NCBI GenBank assembly: GCA_964626665.1
Contig: CAZVGK010000004.1
Coordinates: 32,001 to 96,000, forward strand
From: an uncultured Gemmatimonadota bacterium
Lineage (GTDB): Bacteria; SM23-81; DAOVCL01
Reading direction: 5' to 3'
DNA length: 64,000 bases
Made by a program: the position numbers and the translations under genes. The notes below the pieces were generated by a model. That model saw nothing but the letters and a program-made list of their open reading frames with translations, ran no database searches and was not told where the DNA came from. Positions 19,601-27,684 of this stretch are shown piece by piece (positions within the stretch are counted from its first letter, which is position 1; each line of letters starts with the position of its first letter).

Positions 19601-20145
19601 ATGGAATCCATATAGAACTGGGAGAAATCGTTTACATAAAGCCAACTACCCAGATAATCCTCTCCTCCAGCTCTCAGATCGGCCTGGACAGCATCTATTA
19701 TTCCTTAGACGAGGAAGACTGGCAGGTCTATAGGGAGCCCTTCCCCATCGAGGAGGTGGGATCTCACCTGATCCGCTACTATGGGGTGGACATCCACGGA
19801 AACAGGGAAGAGGTTAGAGTAAGCAAAAGGCTCTCCGTGAGCCAGACCTTGCGAGGGAAGGTCAACAACTATCCCAACCCATTTCGGGCGGGGTGCCAGC
19901 CTACCCATATAGAGTATCTCCTGGAGGAGGCCTCCGATGTGACCCTCACCATATATGATCTTCTGGGGGAGGTCGTCTGGAGAAAAGAGTTTAAGGCGGG
20001 AGACCCGGGGGGAGAGGCTGGAGTGAACCTTTTGGAGTGGTGGGGGAAAAATGGAGCGGGAAAGGTTGTGGGCAATGGCGGATATATCTGCCTGATCAAA
20101 TCCAAACGGGAAGAGCTAAAAAGGAAGATAGCGGTGGTTAAATAG
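13660..20145 (+). CDS. Giant secreted repeat protein (2161 aa): Ig-like repeats, Big-1/OmpL47-like domains, C-terminal NYPNPF sorting-like domain
   Basis: Signal peptide; 7x DxYWN modules; 6x GPPxxF modules; IYYSLD..YYGVDI.GN.E; NNYPNPF...IYDLLG...KIAVVK. Confidence 0.85.
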   Translation: MFKRWLLPLTLLVWWSLAPLAMAYNHLEIVTSGGESDETQSVGFSVIVTARNPDGSIDAGAYPLVSFTSSDLNASLPPNSYLSGGQATFNNLVLNTPGNQTITVSDVYDPTVLEGTLPLNVHRFVDRFDFDIPHGAKDVGFPFQTTIVAKDNTGATNTIFSDNVSLSAAVGRISPSSVLGSSFTNGETTLMVTLYGTDPTTHINSITCTNAISYPGQSELPSGTSENITVNPGSYSTVILLFPGEDLTPGTAPGKSGEPNQQVAGVPFPQVEVKAVDEYWNPVSSHPYPTISFGSTDTLATLPAATSMTSNSESFSGVVLKIAGNQTVTVEEDINYNTSVSTIPIIHSSVDHFTFAQIPSPQTTITPFNVSITAKDAFENRVYSFNSDIALESSTGPYTYTPTLVTLSNGFWSGLVHITKKANNAQLSCDDLAGHTGLSNNFTINAGPFSELLIVLPGETYTPGIPPGRSNPPTPVLTGETVTATIRAVDQYWNQVAGPSVLVPISISSPTGYIESLDDGAQLTQFGIGDYRVIFRTYQGQRIRAVNGFNPDMDDLSSVIIVHSGPYSKLVLAAPGESLDAGTFEPDGKSGSPTTQMAGNKFQIEVAVTDSYWNPIEDPPPYPVIDFATNDPQATLPPGGEAMGSPVQSYPVTLATVGLNWLKATDSNDSDKEDLVNIEVTAGPLDHFRFSQISSPQQVGQPIHQVKVTARDGFGNQVLSFNQEISLLSSTGEGTFTPLSITLTNGEWTGTVTIYRAGTGVELSCEDGMGHSGTSNPFDVLAATYSKILITLPGQDYTPGVAPGKRGSATSTTAGVSIPAMVRAVDQYWNLVPAQPTVNLSTSGYAVIPGNDSRLNPDGTREFQLLFRTAGINSVIAKDVNDTLIADTGAISVSPADFVQIQLLASGETPDPGSPTGKVGSILPQTTGIIFDCGVRAVDEYWNLVPTINGEQIRLSSSDNSLNDNNPPNQGQSFVNGEITFSIYLAHTGLISVTATDLDDMNKTQTVEINVHQGAYYELITPNTVTAGPPASFPMTVRLIDPQTGEPVNASHGFFLIPLLANHDPTDGTLGTTSGILDSGVVVIDHQTYDQVESICIRVWDDYSRETFSNTIRVVAGDVFYHISVPEAATVGPPKTFPVTVELRDAQTGNPITTEDREVKLTIYSASSGEPGTGITDVTTINLIQGRASIQESYTKAEDIYIVATDTLGVRGTSSVFPVDPDGYKKLQLIAPGETSQPGSISESGKSGIPDPQKAGVPFTVLVRAVDQYWNLADTTQSGRIHLSSSDNSLNEENPPDQDQPFVNGERIFNIFLSNAGFVEVTASDNSDPAKLPQVVPIEVREGPHYEITVSDTALAGPPATFFVVVKLIDPQTGERASSSNSFTMTPFLANHDPAHGVLGRTSATLNDGSVTIVDQTYNTVEDIVIRIDDDYGRQEYSHPISITSGGFYYQITVPDSATVGPPSSFPVDITLRDVNTNAVAVTENRELSVVIYSAETGIPGTGSVGVTRVNLERGKADFLQTYTKAEGVFIRVSDSLGLSAVSSVFSLAPDSYKKLQLVAPGEAAEPGSISPTGKSGLPRVETSEVPFVVTCLAVDQYWNLVDVNNGVVHITSSDSSLDGTNPLNQDSPFTNGRVDFEIVLHRQGQIKVTVEDSVNLEKTPQSVDIPVNAATYEITVPTTAVAGPPATFPITVKLINPASGGVVGASHSFIINPFKANHDSTDGNLLVKSGLLENGISVINDQAYDKAEAICIRVRDYLGREAYSPPINIQAGGVYYAVEAPDTATAGPPERFPVTVRLLDANTGNLVTTQDRRVWLQAYSASSGLPGDSLGVGVAQLVEGKVTIQETYAIAEHIYIKVWDDGGLEAVSPPFLIVAGREASLVVTANPVMEGGQTTSLVATLTDAQGNYISNARFSFSVLEGPGSLNSSSGVTNALGQASVELTAWPGSQGIIRVEVSSDLLYKLTEIEVLGPPLTEMSFDGIHIELGEIVYIKPTTQIILSSSSQIGLDSIYYSLDEEDWQVYREPFPIEEVGSHLIRYYGVDIHGNREEVRVSKRLSVSQTLRGKVNNYPNPFRAGCQPTHIEYLLEEASDVTLTIYDLLGEVVWRKEFKAGDPGGEAGVNLLEWWGKNGAGKVVGNGGYICLIKSKREELKRKIAVVK

Positions 20146-20170
20146 TCGAAGTAGAAGCTTAGGAACACGA

Positions 20171-20564
20171 ATGACACGAATAGACGAACCTACACGAATA
20201 GATAAGAAGATTATTCATAAAGAGTTGTCTTTTGCCATTATGGAGGCATCATTTGAGGTGCACAATGCACTTGGTCCTGAGTATTCAGAGGGTATCTATG
20301 AGTCAGCGCTGGTCAAAGAATTCAGAGATCGAGACATCAAATACGAAAGACAAAAACTCATAGAGGTTCGGTGAGAAGATAGGCGAGTATCGATTAGATA
20401 TGGTTATTGAGGGCAAGATAATTCTAGAGTTTAAAGTTGTCTCCGAGTTAAATAAGATCTTTGAAGCGCGGATTCTTTCATATCTAAAGGCCACTGGGAT
20501 GAAGTTAGGGATATTGCTCGACTCTGGAAGCAAGAAGGTAGAATACAAAAGAATAGTAGATTAG
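20171..20564 (+). pseudogene. GxxExxY (PD-(D/E)XK-like) protein, frameshifted near 20370
   Basis: FEVHNALGPEYSEGIYE..L, then in another frame GEKIGEYRLDMVIEGKIILEFK..YLKATG.KLG.L. Confidence 0.85.
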
Positions 20565-20673
20565 GATTCGTGCTATTTGCATATTCGTGGGATTCGTGTT
20601 CAAGGCCTTATTTATATAAACCCTAAATTAACCGTATAAAGCCGTTTGGACGGCCTAAACCAAATAGGTGAAA

Positions 20674-21924
20674 ATGAAAAGATACTTAGCATTTGTTCTT
20701 TTTGGAGTTTTGCTTGGTGCCCCCCAGGTCAGAGGAGGGTCGGAGGATGGTGGGCTCCCTGGTGGCTACCTAAGGTGGGGGGCAAGCGCCCGTTGCCTGG
20801 CCTTAGGCGGGGCCTTTGTGGGGTTGGCAGATGATGCAGCAGCCGCCTACTGGAATCCGGCGGGGCTGGAGCAGATCCCATCCACCCAGCTTCTGGTTAT
20901 GCATGCCATTCTGTTCGAGCAAACAACCTACGATCTTTTGACCATAATCCAGCCTACCAGGAAGCTGGGGACATTTGGCTTTGGTGGAGTATGGCTCTCC
21001 TCCGGCTCCTTTGAGCGGACCGATGAGCAGAACCGCCCCCAGGGCCACTTCTCAGATCTGCAGAGTTCTCTCCTTTTCTCCTATGCAAAGGAGTTGGGGA
21101 GGATTTCGGCAGGCTTAAACTTCAAGCTGGTGGGACACAAGCTTGCGGGATATTCCGGATCGGGCACTGGAATGGACCTCTCCCTCACCTATCGCCCCTT
21201 GAGGAACCTGAACCTTGGGTTGAGCCTGCAGAACCTCCTCCAACCCAAGCTCACTCTGATCGAAGAGGAGGAGAGCTTTCCCAGATGCATCAGGGTCGGC
21301 CAGGCGCTCAAGTTCCTCAACCGCAGGCTCTGCTTAGTTACAGATTTAGAAAAGGTTGAGGGACAGGAGCTGCAGGTGCACACCGGGATGGAATATTGGG
21401 TTTTTCCCTCCCTGGCCCTGAGAGGTGGATATGACGGCCAGGTGAGGGAGTATTCCCTGGGAGGTGGGTTCAGGTTCTCCCGCTACCAGGTTGATTACTC
21501 GATGCTAACTCATGAGCTGGGTATCTCCCATCGCTTCTCCTTTATCTGGAGGTTTGGTGTCCCCTACGGGGTGGAATTGACTGTCTCTCCCGGACTTTTC
21601 TCTCCCACCGGTAAAGTTGACCGGGTTAAACTAAGGATAAAGACCTGGGATAAATACCCCATGGAGAATTGGAGACTGACCATTGAAGATCAAAAGGGTA
21701 ATCAGGTGAAAAGCTACCAGGGGGATGAGAACCCGCCTGAGGAGATAGTCTGGGAAGGTGAGGATGAGCTGAACAGAAGCGTGGGGGATGGGGTATACAA
21801 GGTGAAGATTACGGTCAGGGACGGGTTTGGGGATACCTGGGAGGACTCCGATGAGGTGAGGGTGGTCAACTTCCAGGAGGAGAGGGAGGTTCCCATCAAG
21901 ATAAAGGTGAACAGAGGGGATTAG
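20674..21924 (+). CDS. PorV/PorQ-like outer-membrane beta-barrel with C-terminal FlgD-like Ig domain
   Basis: GASAR.LALGGAF..LADDA.A.YWNPAGL N-terminal motif, alternating beta strands, LRGGY, DYS..H.LG..HRFS; then FSP.G...W.L.I.D..G..V...W.G.D....DG.Y. Confidence 0.8.
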   Translation: MKRYLAFVLFGVLLGAPQVRGGSEDGGLPGGYLRWGASARCLALGGAFVGLADDAAAAYWNPAGLEQIPSTQLLVMHAILFEQTTYDLLTIIQPTRKLGTFGFGGVWLSSGSFERTDEQNRPQGHFSDLQSSLLFSYAKELGRISAGLNFKLVGHKLAGYSGSGTGMDLSLTYRPLRNLNLGLSLQNLLQPKLTLIEEEESFPRCIRVGQALKFLNRRLCLVTDLEKVEGQELQVHTGMEYWVFPSLALRGGYDGQVREYSLGGGFRFSRYQVDYSMLTHELGISHRFSFIWRFGVPYGVELTVSPGLFSPTGKVDRVKLRIKTWDKYPMENWRLTIEDQKGNQVKSYQGDENPPEEIVWEGEDELNRSVGDGVYKVKITVRDGFGDTWEDSDEVRVVNFQEEREVPIKIKVNRGD

Positions 21925-21926
21925 AG

Positions 21927-24917
21927 ATGAAACTAAAGATCGTTGGAGTTTGTGTTGTCTTCCTCTTGATGCTTTTGGGCCCGGGGAGAGGATGGGCCAA
22001 GCCCATCCCCAGCGAAGAGGATCTTTTCCTCTCTGCTTCCCAGAAATACAGGGAGGAGGAGGACAAGACCCAAGCCTTGAGACAATATTGGCTCTTCTTG
22101 CAGAGCTATGCGAGGAGCAGCTATGCCCCTCCTGCCCAATATATGGTGGCCGAATGTCTCTTTCAGAAAGGGGATTATCAGAGGGCTATCCGGGAGTATA
22201 AGCGGGCAAGGGGTTATCCCTCCAAGGACGAATTTGCCTCAACGAGTATCCTCCTGAGGATGGGTGAGACCTATTTTAATCTAAAGGAATATGGTCACGC
22301 CCTGAACTGCTTTAACCGTCTGATTAAAAATCATTCGAAGTCATTCCTGGTGCCTGAGGCCCTCTACGGGAAGGTGGAATGTCAGATTCAAATGGGGAAA
22401 TGGGAGAAGGCCGAAAAATCCCTGCAAAAGCTGGTTCAATTGAGACCTTCCTACAAGAAAATAGCCAAAATCAGCTTCTTGAAAGGTCTATTACTCTATC
22501 ACCAGGAGAGATATGAGGAAGCCCTCAAGTCCTTCGAATTGGTCCCCGAGGACCGAGGGATCTACTATTGCGGCCGCTGCCTGGAGAACTTTGGGGAGTT
22601 CCTCCCTGCTGTGCAGAAATACAAAACGGTTCTGGACCAATTCCCCCGGAGCGATCTGGCGGACAATGCCTCCTACTCCATCGGGGAGTCCTTCTGGAAG
22701 GCGGGACAGTTCTCCTTGGCCACCGAGTCCTTGCAGCGGATGATCGACCAATATCCCCACAGTCCCTTTGCCCCTTATGCCTATTACCTCTTGGCCTGCG
22801 TTCTCTATCAGTCGGGGAGCCACGAAAAGGCCATAGATCTGCTCTATCCTCTGCCCCAGAAATATCCCCAGAGCCCAGCCATCCCTTTTGTGCAGTATCT
22901 CATTGGAAATAGCTTTTTGGCCCTGAACAGATTGGATGATGCCATCTTTGGCTACACAAAAGTGGCTAAGTCCTCTCCCGACGAAGAGGTTGCCGCTGCT
23001 GCCCAACACAAGATAAGCTGGTGCCAGGGGAAGAAGGGGGAGTTCGTCAAGCTTATCATGTCGGCGGAGGAGTTTACCAGGAGGTTTGGAGGGGATAAGC
23101 TCGCCGGCCGGGTGAACCTCCTCAGGGGAACCTCCTATCTCAAGCTAAGGAGGTTCAAGGAGGCCATAAAGACCTTTGGGAGCATTCTGGACAAATACCC
23201 GGGCACAGAGCTGGCCGAAAAGGCACTCTATCTTTCTATTATGTCCTACTACCTGCAGGGGAACTATGAGAGGCTGGTAACCAACTACAGGTATCTGACC
23301 GACAACCTCTCCCCCTCATCCAGCCCCTGGCGGGCGTTGACCTATTTCTATCTGGGTGAGGCCTATTATCACTTAGGGCTGTGGAAGAAGGCCGAGAGGA
23401 TGTATAGGTTGGTGGTGGAAACCTATCCTCAAAACCCCCTGGCACCATACGCGGTTCAAGGGGTAACAGCCTGCTTTTCTCAGAGAGGAGAGTATGGGCT
23501 GGCCCTCCAGGAGCAGAAGAGGCTCCTGAGCCAGATAGCGGATCAGGATGTCTTGAAGGGCAGTGATCAACTGACCATAGCGGGTATCTACTTCAACCAG
23601 AGGGAGTATGAGAAAGCCCTGAGGCTCTTGGAGGATTTTGTTTCCCATAACCCCAAATCTCCCCAGGTCCCTTCTGCCCTCTTTCAGCTCGGGAGCTGTT
23701 ACTACAGGCTGCGTTACTATCAGCAGGCGGTTGAGAGCTGGAAGAGGCTCATTGATCAACACCCTGATGATCCACAGGTTCCTGAGGCCATCTTCAAGAT
23801 TGCCCAGACCCAATTTGGGCTTCAGGATTACGGCTCTGCCCTTCTCACCTATGGGGAGATCCTGAAGAGAGGGGGAGAAAAAGCCAAGGAGGCCCTCTTC
23901 CAGACCGCCAACTGTTATTACAATATGAAGCTAACTCAGAAGGCAATCGATGCCTACCAGAAGTATATAGACCAATATCCCGATGCTCCCCAGGCAGGCG
24001 CTGCCTTGGAGGGAATTCAGCTATGCTATTATCGGTCGGGTAAGAGCTTAACGGATTTGATCAAGAAATATCCGGGGAGCAAACTTGCCGCTGATGCCTA
24101 CTGGCAGAAGGGGAAGGGGGCTTTTGCCCGAGGAGACTACTCCACCGCCAAGACCTTTTTCCAGAAGGTGGTCTTGAACTTTCCTTTGAGCAAGTCAGCT
24201 CCCCCCAGCCTCTTCTATATGGGGGAATGCCACTATAAGCTAAAAGAATATGACCGAGCAGTGGTCTGTTACCGCAACTTCGTCTCCACCTATCCCCAGG
24301 ACAACCTCAGCCCCCAGGCTAAGTTCAAACTGGGAAATGTGCTCTTCAAACTAAATAAATATAGGGAGAGCATAAAAGTCTACCGGGAGATAGCCGAGAC
24401 GATTGACGATACAGTCTTTGCTCCTGCCTCCCAGTATAATATTGCCCTCTGCTACAAGAAGCTGGCTGGGTGGGGGGATCTGATAAAGGCCTATGAGAGG
24501 TTTGTTCAAAAGTACCCCTGGAGCCCAAAGAGGGACTTCGTCCTGATGGATTTAGGGCTTATCTACCAGCAGAAGCTTAAAGACTACCAAAAGGCAATCG
24601 TCGCCTATCAAAAGGTCCAGCCGGGGGGGGAGGTTAGTTACTCCGAGCTCCATTTCAAATTAGCCGAATGTTACGATAAGTTGGAGAAGGGGGAGGAGGC
24701 CGTCCAGGAATACAAGAGGGTGGCCTCGACGAAACCCACAGCGGATTCATATAGGTTGGCCGCTCTGGCCAGGTTGGGCCAGAAGTATGAGGATCAAGCC
24801 AGATGGAAGGATGCCATAGCCATTTACCAGGATATCCTCTTCAGTGGGGGAAGGAGGGAATGGGTGGAGGCGGCCAGGGAGAGGATTGAGCAAATAAAGA
24901 AGTTGGACAGATTGTAA
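21927..24917 (+). CDS. Large periplasmic tetratricopeptide-repeat protein (BamD/CpoB-type repeats)
   Basis: Signal peptide; many A.Y..G..Y......A...Y......YP.S repeats. Confidence 0.9.
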   Translation: MKLKIVGVCVVFLLMLLGPGRGWAKPIPSEEDLFLSASQKYREEEDKTQALRQYWLFLQSYARSSYAPPAQYMVAECLFQKGDYQRAIREYKRARGYPSKDEFASTSILLRMGETYFNLKEYGHALNCFNRLIKNHSKSFLVPEALYGKVECQIQMGKWEKAEKSLQKLVQLRPSYKKIAKISFLKGLLLYHQERYEEALKSFELVPEDRGIYYCGRCLENFGEFLPAVQKYKTVLDQFPRSDLADNASYSIGESFWKAGQFSLATESLQRMIDQYPHSPFAPYAYYLLACVLYQSGSHEKAIDLLYPLPQKYPQSPAIPFVQYLIGNSFLALNRLDDAIFGYTKVAKSSPDEEVAAAAQHKISWCQGKKGEFVKLIMSAEEFTRRFGGDKLAGRVNLLRGTSYLKLRRFKEAIKTFGSILDKYPGTELAEKALYLSIMSYYLQGNYERLVTNYRYLTDNLSPSSSPWRALTYFYLGEAYYHLGLWKKAERMYRLVVETYPQNPLAPYAVQGVTACFSQRGEYGLALQEQKRLLSQIADQDVLKGSDQLTIAGIYFNQREYEKALRLLEDFVSHNPKSPQVPSALFQLGSCYYRLRYYQQAVESWKRLIDQHPDDPQVPEAIFKIAQTQFGLQDYGSALLTYGEILKRGGEKAKEALFQTANCYYNMKLTQKAIDAYQKYIDQYPDAPQAGAALEGIQLCYYRSGKSLTDLIKKYPGSKLAADAYWQKGKGAFARGDYSTAKTFFQKVVLNFPLSKSAPPSLFYMGECHYKLKEYDRAVVCYRNFVSTYPQDNLSPQAKFKLGNVLFKLNKYRESIKVYREIAETIDDTVFAPASQYNIALCYKKLAGWGDLIKAYERFVQKYPWSPKRDFVLMDLGLIYQQKLKDYQKAIVAYQKVQPGGEVSYSELHFKLAECYDKLEKGEEAVQEYKRVASTKPTADSYRLAALARLGQKYEDQARWKDAIAIYQDILFSGGRREWVEAARERIEQIKKLDRL

Positions 24918-24955
24918 GTGAGCTAATGACAAGATCCAATCTGAGGGAGGATAGG

Positions 24956-25570
24956 ATGAAGAGGCCTGGTATAATTGTCCTGCCGATTCTATTTTTGAGT
25001 ATTCTGCTGGGATGTAGTCGAGAGGATGCAGTCTCCATCCCAGATGTATCGCCGAAGATGTTGTTGCCCCAATTGGGTGGGTTGGGATTCAAACTCCAGG
25101 AGGCCAATGAGATAGATCATTCTGCATTGTTTAATCTGGCCAAAGATGTGGCCAGTCAGTTTGGCATTCCCGTCTCCCAGCGAGATTTGGATAAGATAGA
25201 TTTCCCCCGGCGAATGGCCATAGGAAAATATAGAGATGAGGCGGGGACGATTACTATAAAGATCTCTCAATTTGAGGATGGAACTACTGCTTATAAGGAG
25301 CTGAAGTCCCACTTAGATAAAGTTAAGGAGCTGGAACGTCTTCTCCGAAGAAGCAAGAGCGTCATAGGTGGAAAACCTGAGAGAATAAGGGTAAACGGTC
25401 AGAAGGCTTATTGGCTTGAATATCTGATGAGACCCAGTAATGTTGGGCTGAGGTATGAATTCCGGCTTATCTGGGCAAATGGGCCTTATCTCTTTGAGGT
25501 TAACTCTTATGGAGAAGAGCCTCGGATGATTGCAGAGGCCGTAGAGATAGCGGGGGAGATTGGACTTTGA
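24956..25570 (+). CDS. Hypothetical lipoprotein
   Basis: MKRPGIIVLPILFLSILLGC lipobox; GGAGG SD. Confidence 0.75.
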   Translation: MKRPGIIVLPILFLSILLGCSREDAVSIPDVSPKMLLPQLGGLGFKLQEANEIDHSALFNLAKDVASQFGIPVSQRDLDKIDFPRRMAIGKYRDEAGTITIKISQFEDGTTAYKELKSHLDKVKELERLLRRSKSVIGGKPERIRVNGQKAYWLEYLMRPSNVGLRYEFRLIWANGPYLFEVNSYGEEPRMIAEAVEIAGEIGL

Positions 25571-26150
25571 ACTCACGGCTAATATATTGACACTCAACCT
25601 CACAATTGTTCACTACTGAGCCCCACAGTGCGGCAAAGCCGTAAAAAAACAAGGGCCACAGATTACACTGACTCTTAGGAACACGAATGACATGAATAGA
25701 TCCAGAATCGAGGTGGCAGAACCCCGATTCTGCCACCATCCTTCTGCCGTCAGAATCGGGGTTCTGACGGCTCGGGAATTTCTATTTTCCGTTTTTCTAC
25801 CCGGCTTTAACCGGTTTGGAATGCTGTGACTCCTGTCACAGCATGCGTCAACAGGAGTTACCACACTCCATAGTGACCTGCACTAAAGTGCGGTGGAAGT
25901 TGGAGATTGCTTCGGCTTGCCGCCTCGCTGCCGCTGGGGCAAGCCTCGCAATGACAGACAGGGGGGACCCGTCATTGCGAGGAGCACTTCGCTATTGCTC
26001 AGCACAGGCTCCGCGACGAAGCAATTTTGTTCTACCCGGTTTTAGCTGAAGGTTTCCCCAGAGGGTGGCAGAAGCCCTCTTCTGCTACCAAAAAGAGAAA
26101 GATCAAAAAACGGTAACAATTCACGGGATCAGTCTCCAGGGATCAGGGAG
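25570..26150. repeat. Mosaic of short palindromic (REP-like) modules
   Basis: GAGGTGGCAGAA..TTCTGCCACC, GCCGTCAGAA..TTCTGACGGC, TTCTACCCGGCTTTA, GCACTAAAGTGCGG, GAGATTGCTTCG..CTCGCAATGAC, TGCTGTGAC..GTCACAGCA. Confidence 0.85.
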
Positions 26151-26232
26151 TCAGATGCTCTTTCATTCTTCATTTTACATTCGAAGCTTCCCTGACCTCG
26201 TGGGCTGTTAAACCAAACGAAAGGAGAGGAAG

Positions 26233-26871
26233 ATGTTTGAAGGAGTTCAAATTCTTGATCTCTTCAGGGAAAGCCCCATAATGTCCGTTCTCCTGGTCTG
26301 TTCCATTATTGCCTTCACCTTTGCTATAGAGAGGTGGTGGTTTTTCAGGAGGAACAGGATCAATGTGCCGAAGTTTATGGAAAGGGCAAAGGAATTTCTC
26401 AGGAGAAACGAGCTGGATCATCTCTTTGGCTACTGTGAGACCAAGAGGGGACCAGTTCCCAGGATGATCCACACAGCTTTGAGCAACTTGAGCCTATCTA
26501 AGGAGGAGATGGAGCAACTCTTGGATACGACAAAGGAGAAGGAGGAGGTGAAATTCGAGAAAAATCTCTCCATTTTAGGGACCCTGAGCAACATCGCCCC
26601 TCTTCTTGGGCTCTTCGGCACGGTCTTGGGGATTATCAGGGCCTTTCGCGATATAGCGGTTACCGGTTCAGGGGGCTCGGCAGTGGTGGCTATGGGTGTA
26701 GCCGAGGCACTTCTTACCACGGCAGCCGGGATAATTATCGCTGTCGTCTCCACCATCTTTTACAACTATTTTATGCGCCGCATCAGGGTGATGGATGTGG
26801 AGACAGAAGATGTGAGAGTAAACCTCTGGAGGATGTTGAGGGAGGCAAACGGCAACAATGTTCAAAGATAG
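26233..26871 (+). CDS. exbB: MotA/TolQ/ExbB proton-channel protein
   Basis: LGT..NIAPLLGLFGTV.GII.AF...VA.GVAEAL.TTAAG. Confidence 0.93.
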   Translation: MFEGVQILDLFRESPIMSVLLVCSIIAFTFAIERWWFFRRNRINVPKFMERAKEFLRRNELDHLFGYCETKRGPVPRMIHTALSNLSLSKEEMEQLLDTTKEKEEVKFEKNLSILGTLSNIAPLLGLFGTVLGIIRAFRDIAVTGSGGSAVVAMGVAEALLTTAAGIIIAVVSTIFYNYFMRRIRVMDVETEDVRVNLWRMLREANGNNVQR

Positions 26872-27283
26872 GTCCATCGTTTCCATAAACATCACCCCTT
26901 TGGCCGACGTGACCATGACTCTGATCGTTATCTTCCTCATCACTATGCCCTACATTATGTGGTCGGGGATTAAAGTCAACTCCACCAGGGCAGTGAAAGA
27001 CAAAAGGATCGTTAAGGCAGCAAAGGAGCCTGAGCCCATAGTGCTTGTTCTCACGGCCAAGGAGGTCTATTTAAACAGGGAACGGGTAAAGAAAAAGAGG
27101 GATCTCGAGCTCCTTTTACGAGGGCTTCTCAAGGAGAGGGCTGACAAACAGGTCATCATCGTCCCAGATGGGGATGTTCTCTTAGGAAGGGTGGTGGAGG
27201 TTCTGGACATAGCTAAACAGAGTGGGGCAGCAAAACTGGCCCTCTTAAAGAGAAGAGAAGGGAGGTTAGCTCTGAGCCAATGA
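26858..27283 (+). CDS. exbD: ExbD/TolR family protein 1
   Basis: INITPLADV (TM Asp present); D.DV..G.VV.VLD.AK.SG. Confidence 0.9.
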   Translation: MFKDRSIVSINITPLADVTMTLIVIFLITMPYIMWSGIKVNSTRAVKDKRIVKAAKEPEPIVLVLTAKEVYLNRERVKKKRDLELLLRGLLKERADKQVIIVPDGDVLLGRVVEVLDIAKQSGAAKLALLKRREGRLALSQ

Positions 27284-27684
27284 GGGAAGACAAGATTAGG
27301 TCACATATAGATGTATCGCCGGTGATAAATGTCTCCCTGGTGATTGTCCTAACGCTGATGATCATCTCCCCCTTTCTCGGTGAATCCAAGGTAAAGGTAA
27401 AACTACCCCAGGCTACGACAAGTGAGGTAAAAGACCAGGAGAAAGTGGAGATCACCTACTCGGTGGAGGGAGAGCTCGCCGTGGGGGAGGAGATTGTGAC
27501 CTTAGCTCAACTGCCCCATGTGCTTAAAGAGAGGTTTCAGACCAATCCAGGACAGATGGCGGTGATAAAGGCAGACGAGAGAGTCAGATATGAGAAGGTG
27601 GAGAAGATCATAGCTATAGCCAGGGAGTGCGGCGCAGAAAGAATAGCAATAGCCACCGAGCAGAAAAAGGGGAAGGGAAAGTGA
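27280..27684 (+). CDS. exbD: ExbD/TolR family protein 2 (TM Asp replaced by Asn)
   Basis: IDVSPVINVSLV...V.LPQA...IKAD....YE.V......G...IAIAT. Confidence 0.88.
   Translation: MREDKIRSHIDVSPVINVSLVIVLTLMIISPFLGESKVKVKLPQATTSEVKDQEKVEITYSVEGELAVGEEIVTLAQLPHVLKERFQTNPGQMAVIKADERVRYEKVEKIIAIARECGAERIAIATEQKKGKGK

Noticed and set aside
14058-25312. Numerous short antisense or overlapping ORFs inside long genes
   Set aside because: Shadow frames of strongly supported genes, without motifs or SD.
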